A stretch of DNA of 64,000 bases from the NCBI GenBank assembly GCA_043803245.1, contig JAZDKE010000008.1, forward strand, positions 7,088 to 71,087. The letters run 5' to 3'. Below the pieces are notes generated by a model. That model searched no databases. It saw nothing but the letters and a program-made list of their open reading frames with translations, and was not told the DNA's origin. The stretch comes from Chloroflexota bacterium. GTDB taxonomy: Bacteria; Chloroflexota; Dehalococcoidia; Dehalococcoidales; SURF-40. Both the position numbers and the translations under genes were made by a program. Below are positions 17,508-27,503 of this stretch, in pieces; within the stretch, counting starts at the first letter, position 1, and every line of letters begins with the position of its first letter.

Positions 17508-18389
17508 TCACCGCCTGCCCAGGCGCATGATGACAAAACCCAGGCCAATCACCACCAGGACGATGACCCCCACGCCGACCCAGCCCCAGAGGCTGGGAGT
17601 TTCCACCGTGACCCGGACGTCAATGCTGCTCGCGCGGGCTTCGCTGCCAGTGCTGCCCAGGGTAATCTGGTAGTCGCCGGCGATGGCGTTTTGCGGCGGC
17701 TTGAGATTCACTTTCACCGTCCGTTCCTCGCCCGCCGCCAGGGTATCTATTTTTTCAGGATTGAATTGTATTGTCCAATCCGAGGGCTTGGACCGGGAGA
17801 AAGTGAGGTTGTTGATGGTGGCAGTGCTCTGGTTTTTTACCGTAAGCGTGTAGAAATTGTCCCGGCCGGCCTGTACCCTGATGTTGAGCCGCCCGTCAGC
17901 CGGTCCCACCCAGAGGTCGTATCGCGCGGTGATGACGACCTCCAGCAATATGGAGGCCCTCAAATCGGGGTCGCTTACTTCAAGTTTGATGTCGTAGGTG
18001 CCCGGCTCGGCGGTGAGCCAGTACGGCGTCGAAGTTTGTACCACGACCGTTTCCCCTAATCCGGATGCGAGCCGGATGTTCTTGATTTTTTTGTCCCGGG
18101 GATAGCTCGGAGTAACGCTGACCGACCAGTCCTTCGGGCTGACGGCGGCCAGGTCAAAAGTGCGGGCTGCCTGCCCGACATATTTGATAAAGACCTCAAA
18201 TTCAAAGCTGCCCCCGGAAATGCCTTCCAGCCGGGTGTGTTCGGCGGTGATTTCCAGTGTCCCATTCTGGGATGTTGGCGTCAGCTCCGCTGTCTGGGCG
18301 CTAGCCGCCGCGGTCAGTAACGCCGTGAGCCCACCGGCCATAAGAAGACCGGCCGCTACGGTTCTCAACGTTTTCATAAACCTTATCAT
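17508..18389 (-). CDS. secreted NEW3/CARDB-like repeat protein with a C-terminal membrane anchor (COG1470-like)
   Basis: 293 aa. It has a signal peptide, two beta-sandwich-like repeats (GTYDIKLEVS..., GDYQITLGST...), and the C-terminal TM segment WGWVGVGVIVLVVIGLGFVIM. Confidence 0.6.
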   Translation of the reverse strand: MIRFMKTLRTVAAGLLMAGGLTALLTAAASAQTAELTPTSQNGTLEITAEHTRLEGISGGSFEFEVFIKYVGQAARTFDLAAVSPKDWSVSVTPSYPRDKKIKNIRLASGLGETVVVQTSTPYWLTAEPGTYDIKLEVSDPDLRASILLEVVITARYDLWVGPADGRLNIRVQAGRDNFYTLTVKNQSTATINNLTFSRSKPSDWTIQFNPEKIDTLAAGEERTVKVNLKPPQNAIAGDYQITLGSTGSEARASSIDVRVTVETPSLWGWVGVGVIVLVVIGLGFVIMRLGRR

Positions 18390-18564
18390 CTCACTTTACC
18401 CTTCGGGACAAGCCCCTGAATAAAACGTATTACCTTTACCCTTTGCCCGAGCCTTTAGCCCGGTAGCGACGAGTAACGCTAATTCTAGCGCGTGTTTTTG
18501 CCGGTGTCAACGAAAAAGCGTGCTTCTAACCCGGTGATGATGAGAAGCTGATGCCCCGCCGCAC

Positions 18565-19491
18565 CTACTGGACGCGGCCGATGGCCAGCATGCGGTCAAC
18601 CGCCCGCCGGGCCTTAAGACGGACTGGCTCCGGAACGGTTACCCGCGGAGACATTGACTCAAGCGACCAGAGCACTTTCTCCAGGGTAATCTTTTTCATG
18701 TTGGGGCAAACGGCCTGTTCCGAGGCGGGGATAAACTGCTTCCCGGGGTTTTCTTTCTTGAGACGGTGGATGATGCCTATTTCAGTGCCGACGATAATTT
18801 CCCGGGCATCGGTCTGGGCGGCGTAGCGGAGCATGCCGCTGGTGCTCAAGACCTCATCCGCCAGGGCAATCACCTCCGGCCGGCACTCCGGGTGCACCAT
18901 GGCCCTGGCCTTCGGGTACGCCCGCTTCAGGCGGCTGATATCTTCGGGCTGAATCCTTAAGTGGGTCGGGCAGAAACCGGGCCACAGTATCAGTTTCTTG
19001 TTTACTTTGGTGGAAATGTAGTGGCCGAGGTACTGGTCGGGCACGAAGATGATTTCCGGGGCGTCGACGGCTTCGACCACCTTAACGCCGTTAGCCGAAG
19101 TGCAGCAGATGTCCGATTCCGCCTTGACCTCAGCGGTCGAGTTGACATAGCAGACCACCGGCACGCCCGGCAGTTCTGCCTTGCGCTCCCGGAGCTTCTC
19201 CGCGGTAATCATGTTAGCCATGGGGCAGCCGGCATTAAAATCGGGCAGGAGCACGGTTTTGTCCGGGCAGAGGATGGCCGCCGTCTCGGCCATAAAATGG
19301 ACGCCGCAGAAAACGATGACCTCGGCCTCGGTGGCGGCCGCTTTCTGGCTCAAGTCCAATGAGTCTCCCACGAAGTCCGAGATGTCCTGCACCTCGCCAA
19401 GCTGGTAGTTGTGCCCTAAAATCACCGCCCGGCGCGTGCGCTTTAAGCGGAGAATTTTATCCCGGAGTTCGGCGTCACCGTTAACCGCCAC
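18565..19491 (-). CDS. nadA: quinolinate synthase
   Basis: 308 aa. AVILGHNYQLGEVQDISDFVGDSL and GCPMANMI; a NadA-type sequence throughout. Confidence 0.9.
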   Translation of the reverse strand: MAVNGDAELRDKILRLKRTRRAVILGHNYQLGEVQDISDFVGDSLDLSQKAAATEAEVIVFCGVHFMAETAAILCPDKTVLLPDFNAGCPMANMITAEKLRERKAELPGVPVVCYVNSTAEVKAESDICCTSANGVKVVEAVDAPEIIFVPDQYLGHYISTKVNKKLILWPGFCPTHLRIQPEDISRLKRAYPKARAMVHPECRPEVIALADEVLSTSGMLRYAAQTDAREIIVGTEIGIIHRLKKENPGKQFIPASEQAVCPNMKKITLEKVLWSLESMSPRVTVPEPVRLKARRAVDRMLAIGRVQ

Positions 19492-19990
19492 CGGTTAGCC
19501 TCCCGCCGTCTGGCTCCAGTACGGTAATTTCATCACCGGCGCTCACCGTGCCCCCCCTGATGACCCGGGCGAAGACGCCTTCCTTGGGCATGATGCACTT
19601 GCCCGTCTGGAGAAAAACGGAGCAGCCGGTGTGACATTCCTTACCAATCTGGCTTATCTCCAAAATCACACGCTCGCCAACCGCTACCCGGGTTCCCACC
19701 GGCAGGGCGACCAGGTCGATGCCCTCGCAGGTGAGGTTTTCCGCGAAATCTCCCGGCCCGACTTTATAGCCCTGGCGGCGCATCTTCTCGATGCTTTCCC
19801 GGGCCAGCAGGCTGACCTGCCGGTGAGTTGAGCTATCGGCGTGGGCGTCCCCGACCAGGCCGTAGCTCTTACGGACCTCGCCCCGGGCGATGGCGTCTTT
19901 CCGGACGCCCTTTGTTTTGCTGATACCTACCGCAATTACTTTAGCCACTGAAACCCCCTGGGGTCTATCGCTGGGGTTGACCCCGACCAT
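19481..19990 (-). CDS. MOSC domain-containing protein
   Basis: 169 aa. HRQVSLLARESIEKM, PGDFAENLTCEGIDL and a conserved Cys (ECHTGC). Confidence 0.75.
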   Translation of the reverse strand: MVGVNPSDRPQGVSVAKVIAVGISKTKGVRKDAIARGEVRKSYGLVGDAHADSSTHRQVSLLARESIEKMRRQGYKVGPGDFAENLTCEGIDLVALPVGTRVAVGERVILEISQIGKECHTGCSVFLQTGKCIMPKEGVFARVIRGGTVSAGDEITVLEPDGGRLTGGG

Positions 19991-20041
19991 GGCACCGCCT
20001 TATTTTGCCACATCCGGGGAAAAGAGGGAAGACCGCCGGCT

Positions 20042-21097
20042 CTAGGCGGGTTTCGCCAACGCGCCGTAGAAAGCACGCCAGAACGGGTCAACGATGGGGT
20101 GCTCCAGTTTGCCCTCGACCCCGTTGCGGACCAGTACCATGCCCTTCTCGGGCCGGGTGAATTCCCCCACGATGGCCGACCGGATGCCTTTGCTGGCAAG
20201 GGCGCTCACCACCGCCTCGGCCTTGCGCTCGCGGCAGGCGATAATCAGGGTGCCCTCACTGATAGAGGCGTAGGGGTCAATGTCAAAGTGACGGCATATC
20301 TCGGTGACGCCGTCCTCGACCACAATCCGCGCCTGCTCGACCCTCGCCCCCAGTCCGGCCGCCTGCGCAATTTCGTAGAGGCCTCCCCAGACGCCACACT
20401 CGGTGGCATCGTGCAGGGCGGTAACGCCGTCCTGGCGCACGCCGACGCTGACCGCAGTGAGCGCGTCCTCGACGGTGCTCATTTTGTAGAAAATTTTTTG
20501 CGCCCGCTCGCTGAACGCCTTGCCGAACTTTTTTTCAATCAGCCGGGGGAACATGGTCGCCAGGATGCCGGTCGCCTCGATAGCCGGCCCCTTGGTGATG
20601 ATTATCCGGTCGCCGGCGGAAATAAATCTCGGGGAAACGTACTTGTCCAAATCGCCGATGCCGACGATGGTGGCGCCGCCCACCATGGGGTACTGGCAGT
20701 TCTCATAGCGGGCGGTATGGCCGGTAATCACCGCGATGCCGAGCTTTTCGCACTCCCGGTGCATGGTATCCCACATCAGGCTGAGCTGCTCTCTGGTAAT
20801 CGCCATCGGGAGGTTTAAGTCGATGGCCATATAAACTGGTTTAAGGCCGCTGGTCACCGAGTCGGAGGCGAGGATATGGATGGCAAACCAGGCGGCCCTT
20901 TCCCAGCCGTACTCCGGGACGATGAACACCGGGTCAGTGGTGAAAGAGACCGCCTGACCGCCAATCTCCACGATACCGACATCAACCCCGTGCTGGGGCC
21001 CCACTAAAATCTTGCGGTTTTTAGCCCCCAGGCGGGGGAATATCAGCTCATTAAATATCTGGGGGGAGATTTTGCCAATCTCGGGCATCTCGCTCAT
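20042..21097 (-). CDS. AIR-synthase-related (PurM-fold) protein of unknown specificity
   Basis: 351 aa. The N-terminus is GKISPQIFNELIFPRLG...DVGIVEIGG. The two-domain PurM/HypE/SelD-like layout is present, but neither the SelD Cys/Sec-x-x-Lys loop nor the HypE C-terminal Cys is. Confidence 0.65.
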   Translation of the reverse strand: MSEMPEIGKISPQIFNELIFPRLGAKNRKILVGPQHGVDVGIVEIGGQAVSFTTDPVFIVPEYGWERAAWFAIHILASDSVTSGLKPVYMAIDLNLPMAITREQLSLMWDTMHRECEKLGIAVITGHTARYENCQYPMVGGATIVGIGDLDKYVSPRFISAGDRIIITKGPAIEATGILATMFPRLIEKKFGKAFSERAQKIFYKMSTVEDALTAVSVGVRQDGVTALHDATECGVWGGLYEIAQAAGLGARVEQARIVVEDGVTEICRHFDIDPYASISEGTLIIACRERKAEAVVSALASKGIRSAIVGEFTRPEKGMVLVRNGVEGKLEHPIVDPFWRAFYGALAKPA

Positions 21098-21280
21098 TGG
21101 TTGTCTTCCTTATCATTATCCTTATCATTCAGTTTTTGTTTTTAACCGGTAAAGGCGCGCGATTTCGATGGCGACGGCGGCAGCTTCTTGGTTCAAGTTA
21201 CTTCTCCAAGTACCCGAAGCCCATCGTTTCCCGGCGCAGGCGCTCCCATTAACTCCAGCATCGCGCTGCCCCGCGTGGGA

Positions 21281-22446
21281 CTAGCCGGACTTCGTCAGGG
21301 GCGACATTGCTCTCAGTTTGGCCACGATGCGAGGCAGCGCCTCAAGCACGCGGTCAATATCGGCAGCCGTTGTCCATTTTCCCAGGCTGAACCTGATGGA
21401 GCAGTGGGCCTTTTCCGGTGCCATCCCCATGGCCAGGAGCACGTGGGATGGTTCCAGACTCGAAGAGCTGCAGGCCGAGCCGGTGGAGGCGCAGATACCT
21501 TCCAGGTCGAGGTTGAGCAGCACCGACTCACCTTCGACAAAGTCAATGCTGACGTTGGCATTACCGGCGAGCCGTCTGGTGGGGTGACCGTTCAGGTAAG
21601 TGTTTTTGATACTACTCAGAATCCCGGTAATCAGGCGGTCGCGCAACCTGGTGAGGCTGGCCATCTCCTCGTCCACCGACCCGCGCGCTATCTCCGCGGC
21701 TTTGCCAGCCCGACGATGCCCGGCACGTTATGCGTCCCGGCGCGGAGCTGCCTCTCCTGCTCACCGCCATGTATGAAGGGCAGCAGCCTGGTGCCTTTCC
21801 TGATGTAGAGCGCCCCGACCCCTTTGGGACCGAAGAACTTATGCGCCGAAAGGGAAAGCAGGTCTATCCCCAGCTCTCTCACCCCGAGCGGCCGGTGGCC
21901 CACCGTCTGCACGGCATCGGTGTGGCAATAAACGCCGGCTTCACGGGCAATTTTCGCGATTTCGGTTATCGGCTGGATGGTGCCCATCTCGTTGTTGGCG
22001 TGCATCACGGAAATCAGGATAGTACCCGGGGTGATGGCTTTCTTAACATCGTCCGGGTCGACCATGCCGTAGCGGTCTACCGGCAGGTAGGTCACCAGGT
22101 ACCCCTGTTTTGCCAGGAACCTGGCGGTCTCGATTATGGCGTGGTGTTCCACCGGCGTGGTGATGATGTGGTTGCCCTTGTCTTTTAAGGCGTAGACCAC
22201 CCCCTTGAGGGCGGTGTTGTCGCTCTCGGTGCCGCCGCTGGTGAAGATGACCTCTTCGCTACGGGCGCCGATGAGCGCCGCGATCTGGTCCCGCGCCTCC
22301 TCTACGGCCTCCCTGGCTTCCTGACCGAAAGAGTGGATGCTGGAGGGATTACCGTAGAAGTCGGTGAAATAAGGCAGCATGGCCGCCAGCACTTCGGGAC
22401 TGGTCGGAGTGGTGGCGGCGTTATCCAGGTAAATGCGCTTTTTCAA
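21281..22446 (-). pseudogene. nifS: cysteine desulfurase (NifS/IscS family) interrupted by a 1-nt deletion
   Basis: The N-terminal ORF ([11 protein letters not shown]...[10 protein letters not shown]...[16 protein letters not shown]) and the C-terminal ORF (...STGSACSS...) lie in frames offset by -1. The expected [13 protein letters not shown] reading is restored by adding one G in CTGG^CAAA (plus 21701..21708). The probable start is TTG 22446. Confidence 0.8.
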
Positions 22447-22447
22447 A

Positions 22448-22690
22448 TCAACCCTCCACGATGTCACCGATGACCGGGTCAACCCTGACACCTTTCCCCA
22501 TCACCCAGGCGATGCCCCGTTCTATTTCTCCCTCCGCCCCGACCATCTCCAGCACCACCCAGCCGCGGTTTTCGGTAACGTCGGCGCGGCGGATATTGGT
22601 CACGATTTTGAACTGGTGGCTTAAATCATAGATAATCGGTTCCCTGACTAGCTGTTCCGGAAAAGTGAACATAACCTGCTTTTTGGCCAT
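22448..22690 (-). CDS. stand-alone NIL-domain protein
   Basis: 80 aa from ATG 22690 (SD GGAGGG). [36 protein letters not shown] resembles the NIL domain at the MetN C-terminus. Confidence 0.6.
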   Translation of the reverse strand: MAKKQVMFTFPEQLVREPIIYDLSHQFKIVTNIRRADVTENRGWVVLEMVGAEGEIERGIAWVMGKGVRVDPVIGDIVEG

Positions 22691-22742
22691 CTTGCCCTCC
22701 GTAGCCACGGTTGCTAGAGCCAACCGCGCCGGCTTTTATTTT

Positions 22743-23966
22743 TTAGGCCCGGGACCCGAGTACTTCCGCCACTGATTCCGTGGTGGGCTGCACCCGGTAG
22801 GCCTGCACAATGTCGCTCAAAATTTCCTGCGTCCTCGGCCCCGCGCCGGTAATAAAGGCGACCACAAGCTCGTCCTTCTTGATAGTTCCCTGGGCCGCCA
22901 GCTTGGCCAGGGAGCCGATGACCACCCCGCCGGCCGGCTCCGCGAAAATACCCTCGGTCTCCGCGAGCAGCTTAACGCCGCTAATCGCTTCCTCATCGGT
23001 TACCGCGCAGGCGCCGCCGCCCGACTGCCGGGCCACCATCAGGGCATAGTAGCCGTCCGCCGGGTTGCCCACCGCAATCGAGCGGGCGATGGTGTTGGGC
23101 TTTACCGGATGCACGTGGACGCTGCCAGCTTCGTAAGCCTTGACGATGGGCGAACTGCCGGCCGCCTGAGCGACGTACATATGAGTGTTGACCGGCTCGA
23201 TGAGGCCGAGCATCGAAAATTCCTGCAGTCCCTTCCAGATGCGGGTAAATAGCAGTCCCGAGGCGGCCGGGCTGATAATACAGTCCGGGGCACGCCATCC
23301 CAGTTGCTGGCAGACTTCGAAGCCCAGGGTCTTGCTGCCCTCGGCGTAATAGGGCCTCAGATTGATGTTGATGAAGCCCCAGTGGTATTTCTGCAACAGC
23401 TCGGCACAGAGCCGGTTGGTGTCGTCGTAGCTACCATCGACGGTGACCAGGGTCGGGCGGTAGATGGCGGCGCTCACCAGTTTACCCAATTCCAGGTCAG
23501 ACGGCACGAAGACGCAAGCCCTGATATTGGCCTTGGCGGCGTGGGCGGCGACGCTGGCCGCCAGGTTGCCGGTCGAAGCGCAGGCGACAGTCTCGAAGCC
23601 GAACTCCAGGGCCTTGGTCACCGCCACCGAGACGACGCGGTCTTTGAAGGAGTAGGTGGGATTTAAGCAGTCGTTCTTGATATAGAGATGGTTCAATCCC
23701 AGCTTGCGCCCCAGGTTGTCGGCTTTGACCAGCGGCGTGTAGCCGGTGCCCAGGTCAATCTCCCGGCCTTCGGCCGGCAGGAGGTCCCGGTAGCGCCACA
23801 TGCTCAAAGGGCCGCTGTCCAGCTTCTCGCGGCTGAGTCCCTTGGCCATCGCCTGGTAATCGTAGCTCACTTCGAGGGGGCTCAGGCAAAAATCACAGAG
23901 GTTCAGCGGCTCAAGCGGGTACTCGCGGCCGCATTTGCGACAGCGCAGCGCTCTTGCGTAAGACAC
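22743..23966 (-). CDS. thrC: threonine synthase with an N-terminal Zn-ribbon
   Basis: CRKCGREYPLEPLNLCDFC, then the PLP-fold core (YSFKDR lysine motif). I prefer GTG 23966 (SD GGAGG 9 nt upstream); the track start is TTG 23984. Confidence 0.85.
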   Translation of the reverse strand: MSYARALRCRKCGREYPLEPLNLCDFCLSPLEVSYDYQAMAKGLSREKLDSGPLSMWRYRDLLPAEGREIDLGTGYTPLVKADNLGRKLGLNHLYIKNDCLNPTYSFKDRVVSVAVTKALEFGFETVACASTGNLAASVAAHAAKANIRACVFVPSDLELGKLVSAAIYRPTLVTVDGSYDDTNRLCAELLQKYHWGFININLRPYYAEGSKTLGFEVCQQLGWRAPDCIISPAASGLLFTRIWKGLQEFSMLGLIEPVNTHMYVAQAAGSSPIVKAYEAGSVHVHPVKPNTIARSIAVGNPADGYYALMVARQSGGGACAVTDEEAISGVKLLAETEGIFAEPAGGVVIGSLAKLAAQGTIKKDELVVAFITGAGPRTQEILSDIVQAYRVQPTTESVAEVLGSRA

Positions 23967-24102
23967 TTTTCCCTGCCTCCGCAACTTAAAGAGATTCGAA
24001 CTTTAAAGTGGCCTGGTTTCTCTAATTAAGGCCGTACTCTTAATCTCTACGGTAGGCCCATTCTACAACTTAATGCGTTTCGGCCTTCCCGGGCTCTGGC
24101 TC

Positions 24103-25281
24103 CTAGACGGCTTTCAGAGCCTGGGCGAGGTCGCCGGTCAAATCCCCGATGTTTTCCAGACCGACGGACAGGCGCACCAGTCCTCCGGTAATACCCACCT
24201 TGAGCCGGTGCTCCTCGGGCATCGCGGCGTGGGTCATAGTCGCCGGGTGCGCCGCCAGCGAAGAGACCCCCCCAAGCGACTCGGCCAGGGTGAAAATCTC
24301 CAGGTTTTGCAAGAGCCGGGTCGCCCCACTGGCGTCGGCCAGCTCGAAGGCGACCATGCCCCCGAAGCCCTTCATCTGCCTTTTGGCGGTTTCGTGGCCG
24401 GGATGGGAGGGCAGGCCGGGGTAGAACACCTTCTTCACCTTGGGGTGGCCACTGAGATAATCGGCCACAACCCGGGCGTTCTCCTGGTGCTTTTGCATCC
24501 GTACCGGCAGGGTCTCGATGCCGCGCAGCACCAGCCAGCAGTCAAAGGGCGAGGCGCAGGTGCCCATACTGTTAACCAGGAACTGCACCTGCTCGGTGAG
24601 CTCATCGGTGGTGGTCACGATGGCCCCGCCGACGACATCGCAGTGGCCGTTAAGATATTTGGTCGTCGAGTGGACTACCAGGTCAATGCCGAACTCGATT
24701 GGTCTTAAAAAATACGGGCTGGAGAAAGTGTTGTCAATCACGGTGAGCAGCCGGTGCTTTTTGGCCACGCCAGTCACCATTTCAAGGTCGATGATATTGA
24801 GTAGCGGGTTGGACGGCGTCTCCAGCCAGAGCATGCGGGTGTTGGGCCTGACCGCCGCTTCGAGTTTTGCCCGGTTGTCCAGGCGCAGGAAGGTAAACTC
24901 CACCCCGAAACGGCTCATCACGTTCTGGAAAAGCCGGTAGGTGCCGCCGTAGACATCGTCCCCGGAAATCACGTGGTCGCCGGCTTTGAGCAGGTGCATA
25001 ACGGTGGCCTCGGCGGCCATGCCGGTGGCACAGGCGAAGCCTGCCTTGCCCCCCTCCAGCCGGGCGATGGTCTCTTCCAAAACCTTCCGTGTCGGGTTGG
25101 CGGTGCGGGAATAGTCAAAGCCCCGGGTCTTGCCCACAGCCTCGAAAGCGAAGGTCGAGGTTTGGTAGATAGGCGTCGAGACCGCGCCGTAGGTGCCCTC
25201 CGGCCGCCCACCGGCGTGGATGGCCAGCGTTTCAAACTCCGGCTCTTTCTGGTTACGGGATTTTTTTACCATTTGACCCAC
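24103..25281 (-). CDS. Cys/Met-metabolism PLP enzyme (cystathionine gamma-synthase / beta-lyase / sulfhydrylase family)
   Basis: 392 aa. STTKYLNGHCDVVGG (PLP-lysine motif). The exact specificity cannot be told from the sequence alone. Confidence 0.85.
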   Translation of the reverse strand: MGQMVKKSRNQKEPEFETLAIHAGGRPEGTYGAVSTPIYQTSTFAFEAVGKTRGFDYSRTANPTRKVLEETIARLEGGKAGFACATGMAAEATVMHLLKAGDHVISGDDVYGGTYRLFQNVMSRFGVEFTFLRLDNRAKLEAAVRPNTRMLWLETPSNPLLNIIDLEMVTGVAKKHRLLTVIDNTFSSPYFLRPIEFGIDLVVHSTTKYLNGHCDVVGGAIVTTTDELTEQVQFLVNSMGTCASPFDCWLVLRGIETLPVRMQKHQENARVVADYLSGHPKVKKVFYPGLPSHPGHETAKRQMKGFGGMVAFELADASGATRLLQNLEIFTLAESLGGVSSLAAHPATMTHAAMPEEHRLKVGITGGLVRLSVGLENIGDLTGDLAQALKAV

Positions 25282-25393
25282 GTCCCCCTCGGCTAAAACA
25301 CCGTACCGCCCACCCTGAAGACTTAAATACTACCCCTCAGTAATCTTTTGCCATCTAAGGAGTTATGAATCGGCAACCGCCCCACCTGGACCC

Positions 25394-26389
25394 TTAGATT
25401 TTGGCGCTGTTACCAGCCTCCTGGAAAAGCCAGGTGGAAAGGTAACGCTCGCCGGTATCCGGCAGGACGACCACAATCAGCTTGCCCTGATTTTCTTTTC
25501 TTTTGGCCACTTCCAGGGCCGCCCAGGCAGCCGCCCCGGAAGAGATGCCGGCCAGGATACCTTCCTCTTTGGCCAGTCGGCGGGCGGTGATGCCAGCGTT
25601 CTCGTTGCTGACCTTGATTATATCATCAATCAGGTCCCGCCTCAAAACATCGGGCACAAAACCAGCCCCGATACCCTGAATCTTGTGCGGCCCGGGCTTG
25701 CCGCCGGAAAGGATCGGCGAAGCCTCTGGCTCAACCGCGATGGCCTTAAACCCCGGTTTTCTCTTTTTAAGGGCTTCGGCAACGCCGGTGATGGTGCCGC
25801 CGGTGCCCACGCCGCTCACCAGAATATCGACTTTGCCCGCCGTGTCCCGCCAGATTTCCTCGGCGGTGGTCAGGCGGTGTATCTCCGGGTTGGCCGGGTT
25901 CTTGAACTGCTGGGGCATAAAATACCCGGGATTTTGCTTGACCAGCTCTTCGGCCCGGCGCACCGCGCCCGGCATGCCCTCGGCCCCGGGCGTCAGTATC
26001 AGCTCAGCGCCGAAAACGGCCAGGAGCTGCCGCCGTTCCATAGACATGGTATCGGGCATGGTCAGGATGAGCCGGTAGCCCCGGGCGGCGCAGACAAAAG
26101 CCAGCGCGATGCCGGTATTGCCGCTGGTCGGCTCCACGATGACGGTGTCTTTCCCGATGAGACCCTTCTCCTCGGCATCGGTAATCATCGCGACGCCGAT
26201 GCGGTCCTTAACGCTGCTTAAGGGATTGAAGGACTCCAGTTTGGCCACCACCTCGGCTTTTAACCCCGCAGTGACGCGGTTCAATCTGACCAGAGGGGTG
26301 TTCCCTATCAGTTCGGTTGAGTCCCGGGCGATGCCCCTTTCCAGTTTGGGGATTTCAACGGTCTTGTAACGCAGCTTTTCAACGGCCAT
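25394..26389 (-). CDS. cysK: cysteine synthase A (O-acetylserine sulfhydrylase)
   Basis: 331 aa. [23 protein letters not shown] and GTGGTITG. Confidence 0.9.
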   Translation of the reverse strand: MAVEKLRYKTVEIPKLERGIARDSTELIGNTPLVRLNRVTAGLKAEVVAKLESFNPLSSVKDRIGVAMITDAEEKGLIGKDTVIVEPTSGNTGIALAFVCAARGYRLILTMPDTMSMERRQLLAVFGAELILTPGAEGMPGAVRRAEELVKQNPGYFMPQQFKNPANPEIHRLTTAEEIWRDTAGKVDILVSGVGTGGTITGVAEALKKRKPGFKAIAVEPEASPILSGGKPGPHKIQGIGAGFVPDVLRRDLIDDIIKVSNENAGITARRLAKEEGILAGISSGAAAWAALEVAKRKENQGKLIVVVLPDTGERYLSTWLFQEAGNSAKI

Positions 26390-26416
26390 CCAAAATACCT
26401 CCTTAGCAAAATACCG

Positions 26417-26860
26417 TTAGATGAAATACATTTCCGCTTTCAGCGACTCTTTTTTCTTCTGACGCTCGACCAGGTCCGCGAGCGTGTGCGACTCCATTAC
26501 GCCATCAATGGCGTCTTTCATCTCAGACCAGAGGTCACGGGTGGCACAGGTTGCTGAGCGGGAGCAGACTTCGGGATTAGTTATGCACTCTACCGGCGCC
26601 GTGGAGCCTTCTAAAATCCCGACCAGCTGGCTCAGCTTTATCTCTTCGGCGCGTTTTACCAGCGCCAGCCCGCCGCGGGGCCCGCGGGTGCTGCTTACCA
26701 GCCCGGCCGCAATTAATGGCGCGACCAGATGCTCCAGGTACTGAAGGGGTACCTCCTGTCGCTGGGCGATATCTTTGAGCCGCACCGGGCCCTGGTCAGT
26801 GTGCAGCGCCAGGTCAAGAATCGCTCTGGTGCCATACCTGGCCCTGGTTGATAGCTTCAT
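26417..26860 (-). CDS. Rrf2-family transcriptional regulator (IscR/CymR-like)
   Basis: 147 aa. MKLSTRARYGTRAILDLA... It has three Cys residues (CITNPEVCSRSATC) that may ligate a cluster. Confidence 0.85.
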   Translation of the reverse strand: MKLSTRARYGTRAILDLALHTDQGPVRLKDIAQRQEVPLQYLEHLVAPLIAAGLVSSTRGPRGGLALVKRAEEIKLSQLVGILEGSTAPVECITNPEVCSRSATCATRDLWSEMKDAIDGVMESHTLADLVERQKKKESLKAEMYFI

Positions 26861-26968
26861 CTGGCGCTCCCACCGATATTGTTGACTATTTTTATATACT
26901 TAGAGGAGAATAGCATGGCGGAAAACGGTTTGTCAATAGTTCGGGCTGGCTATTTTGAGGCTTGGCGG

Positions 26969-27469
26969 TCAGGGAAGGTACTTTGCCCGGGCCAGGCTTT
27001 TACCGCTTTCGGTGAGGAAAACGCGTTCGATGATGCGCTCCAGTTTAACGGTATCCCGGACATCACACTCGTCTTTCAAATTGACCAGCCAGTCGGCGTC
27101 ATATAAAACGCCGAAATTATGGCTGGTGATGGCACCGGGACGGTGGTGGTGGGCGATGATGTCGCAGATTTCCGTAATCTCTTCCGGGGTAAAGCCGAGA
27201 CGTGCCAGTATGGGACGGGCGATGGGCGGCCCCTCAATTTCCTGGTACCGGCCGGCGGTGCTGCGGTATTTTGTCTCGGCCTGGTGAATGCCGATGTCGT
27301 GGAGCACCGCCGCCCCGATGATAATCCGGTAGTCGCCGCCTTCCCGCCGCCAGATTTCCTCGGCGTATTCGGTCACTTTACGGGCGTGGCGGGTTCTCCG
27401 GGCATCGGCCCCGAAGTAGGCCGCCATCTCCCCGAGCAGCGCCTCTTTGATGTCGTTCATCGCCCTCAC
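26969..27469 (-). CDS. HD-domain phosphohydrolase
   Basis: 166 aa. AAVLHDIGI and IIAHHH. Confidence 0.75.
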   Translation of the reverse strand: MRAMNDIKEALLGEMAAYFGADARRTRHARKVTEYAEEIWRREGGDYRIIIGAAVLHDIGIHQAETKYRSTAGRYQEIEGPPIARPILARLGFTPEEITEICDIIAHHHRPGAITSHNFGVLYDADWLVNLKDECDVRDTVKLERIIERVFLTESGKSLARAKYLP

Positions 27470-27503
27470 CCTGGACTGATTTTGGTGCCTACCACCTTCC
27501 GGT

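Noticed and set aside
20042-21097. PurM-fold protein as selenophosphate synthetase SelD; its N-terminal IGKISPQIF resembles the SelD GCKISPKVL
   Set aside because: There is no Cys or Sec in the glycine-rich loop. The in-frame sequence upstream of the ATG hits TAA within 5 codons, so no hidden TGA-Sec extension exists.
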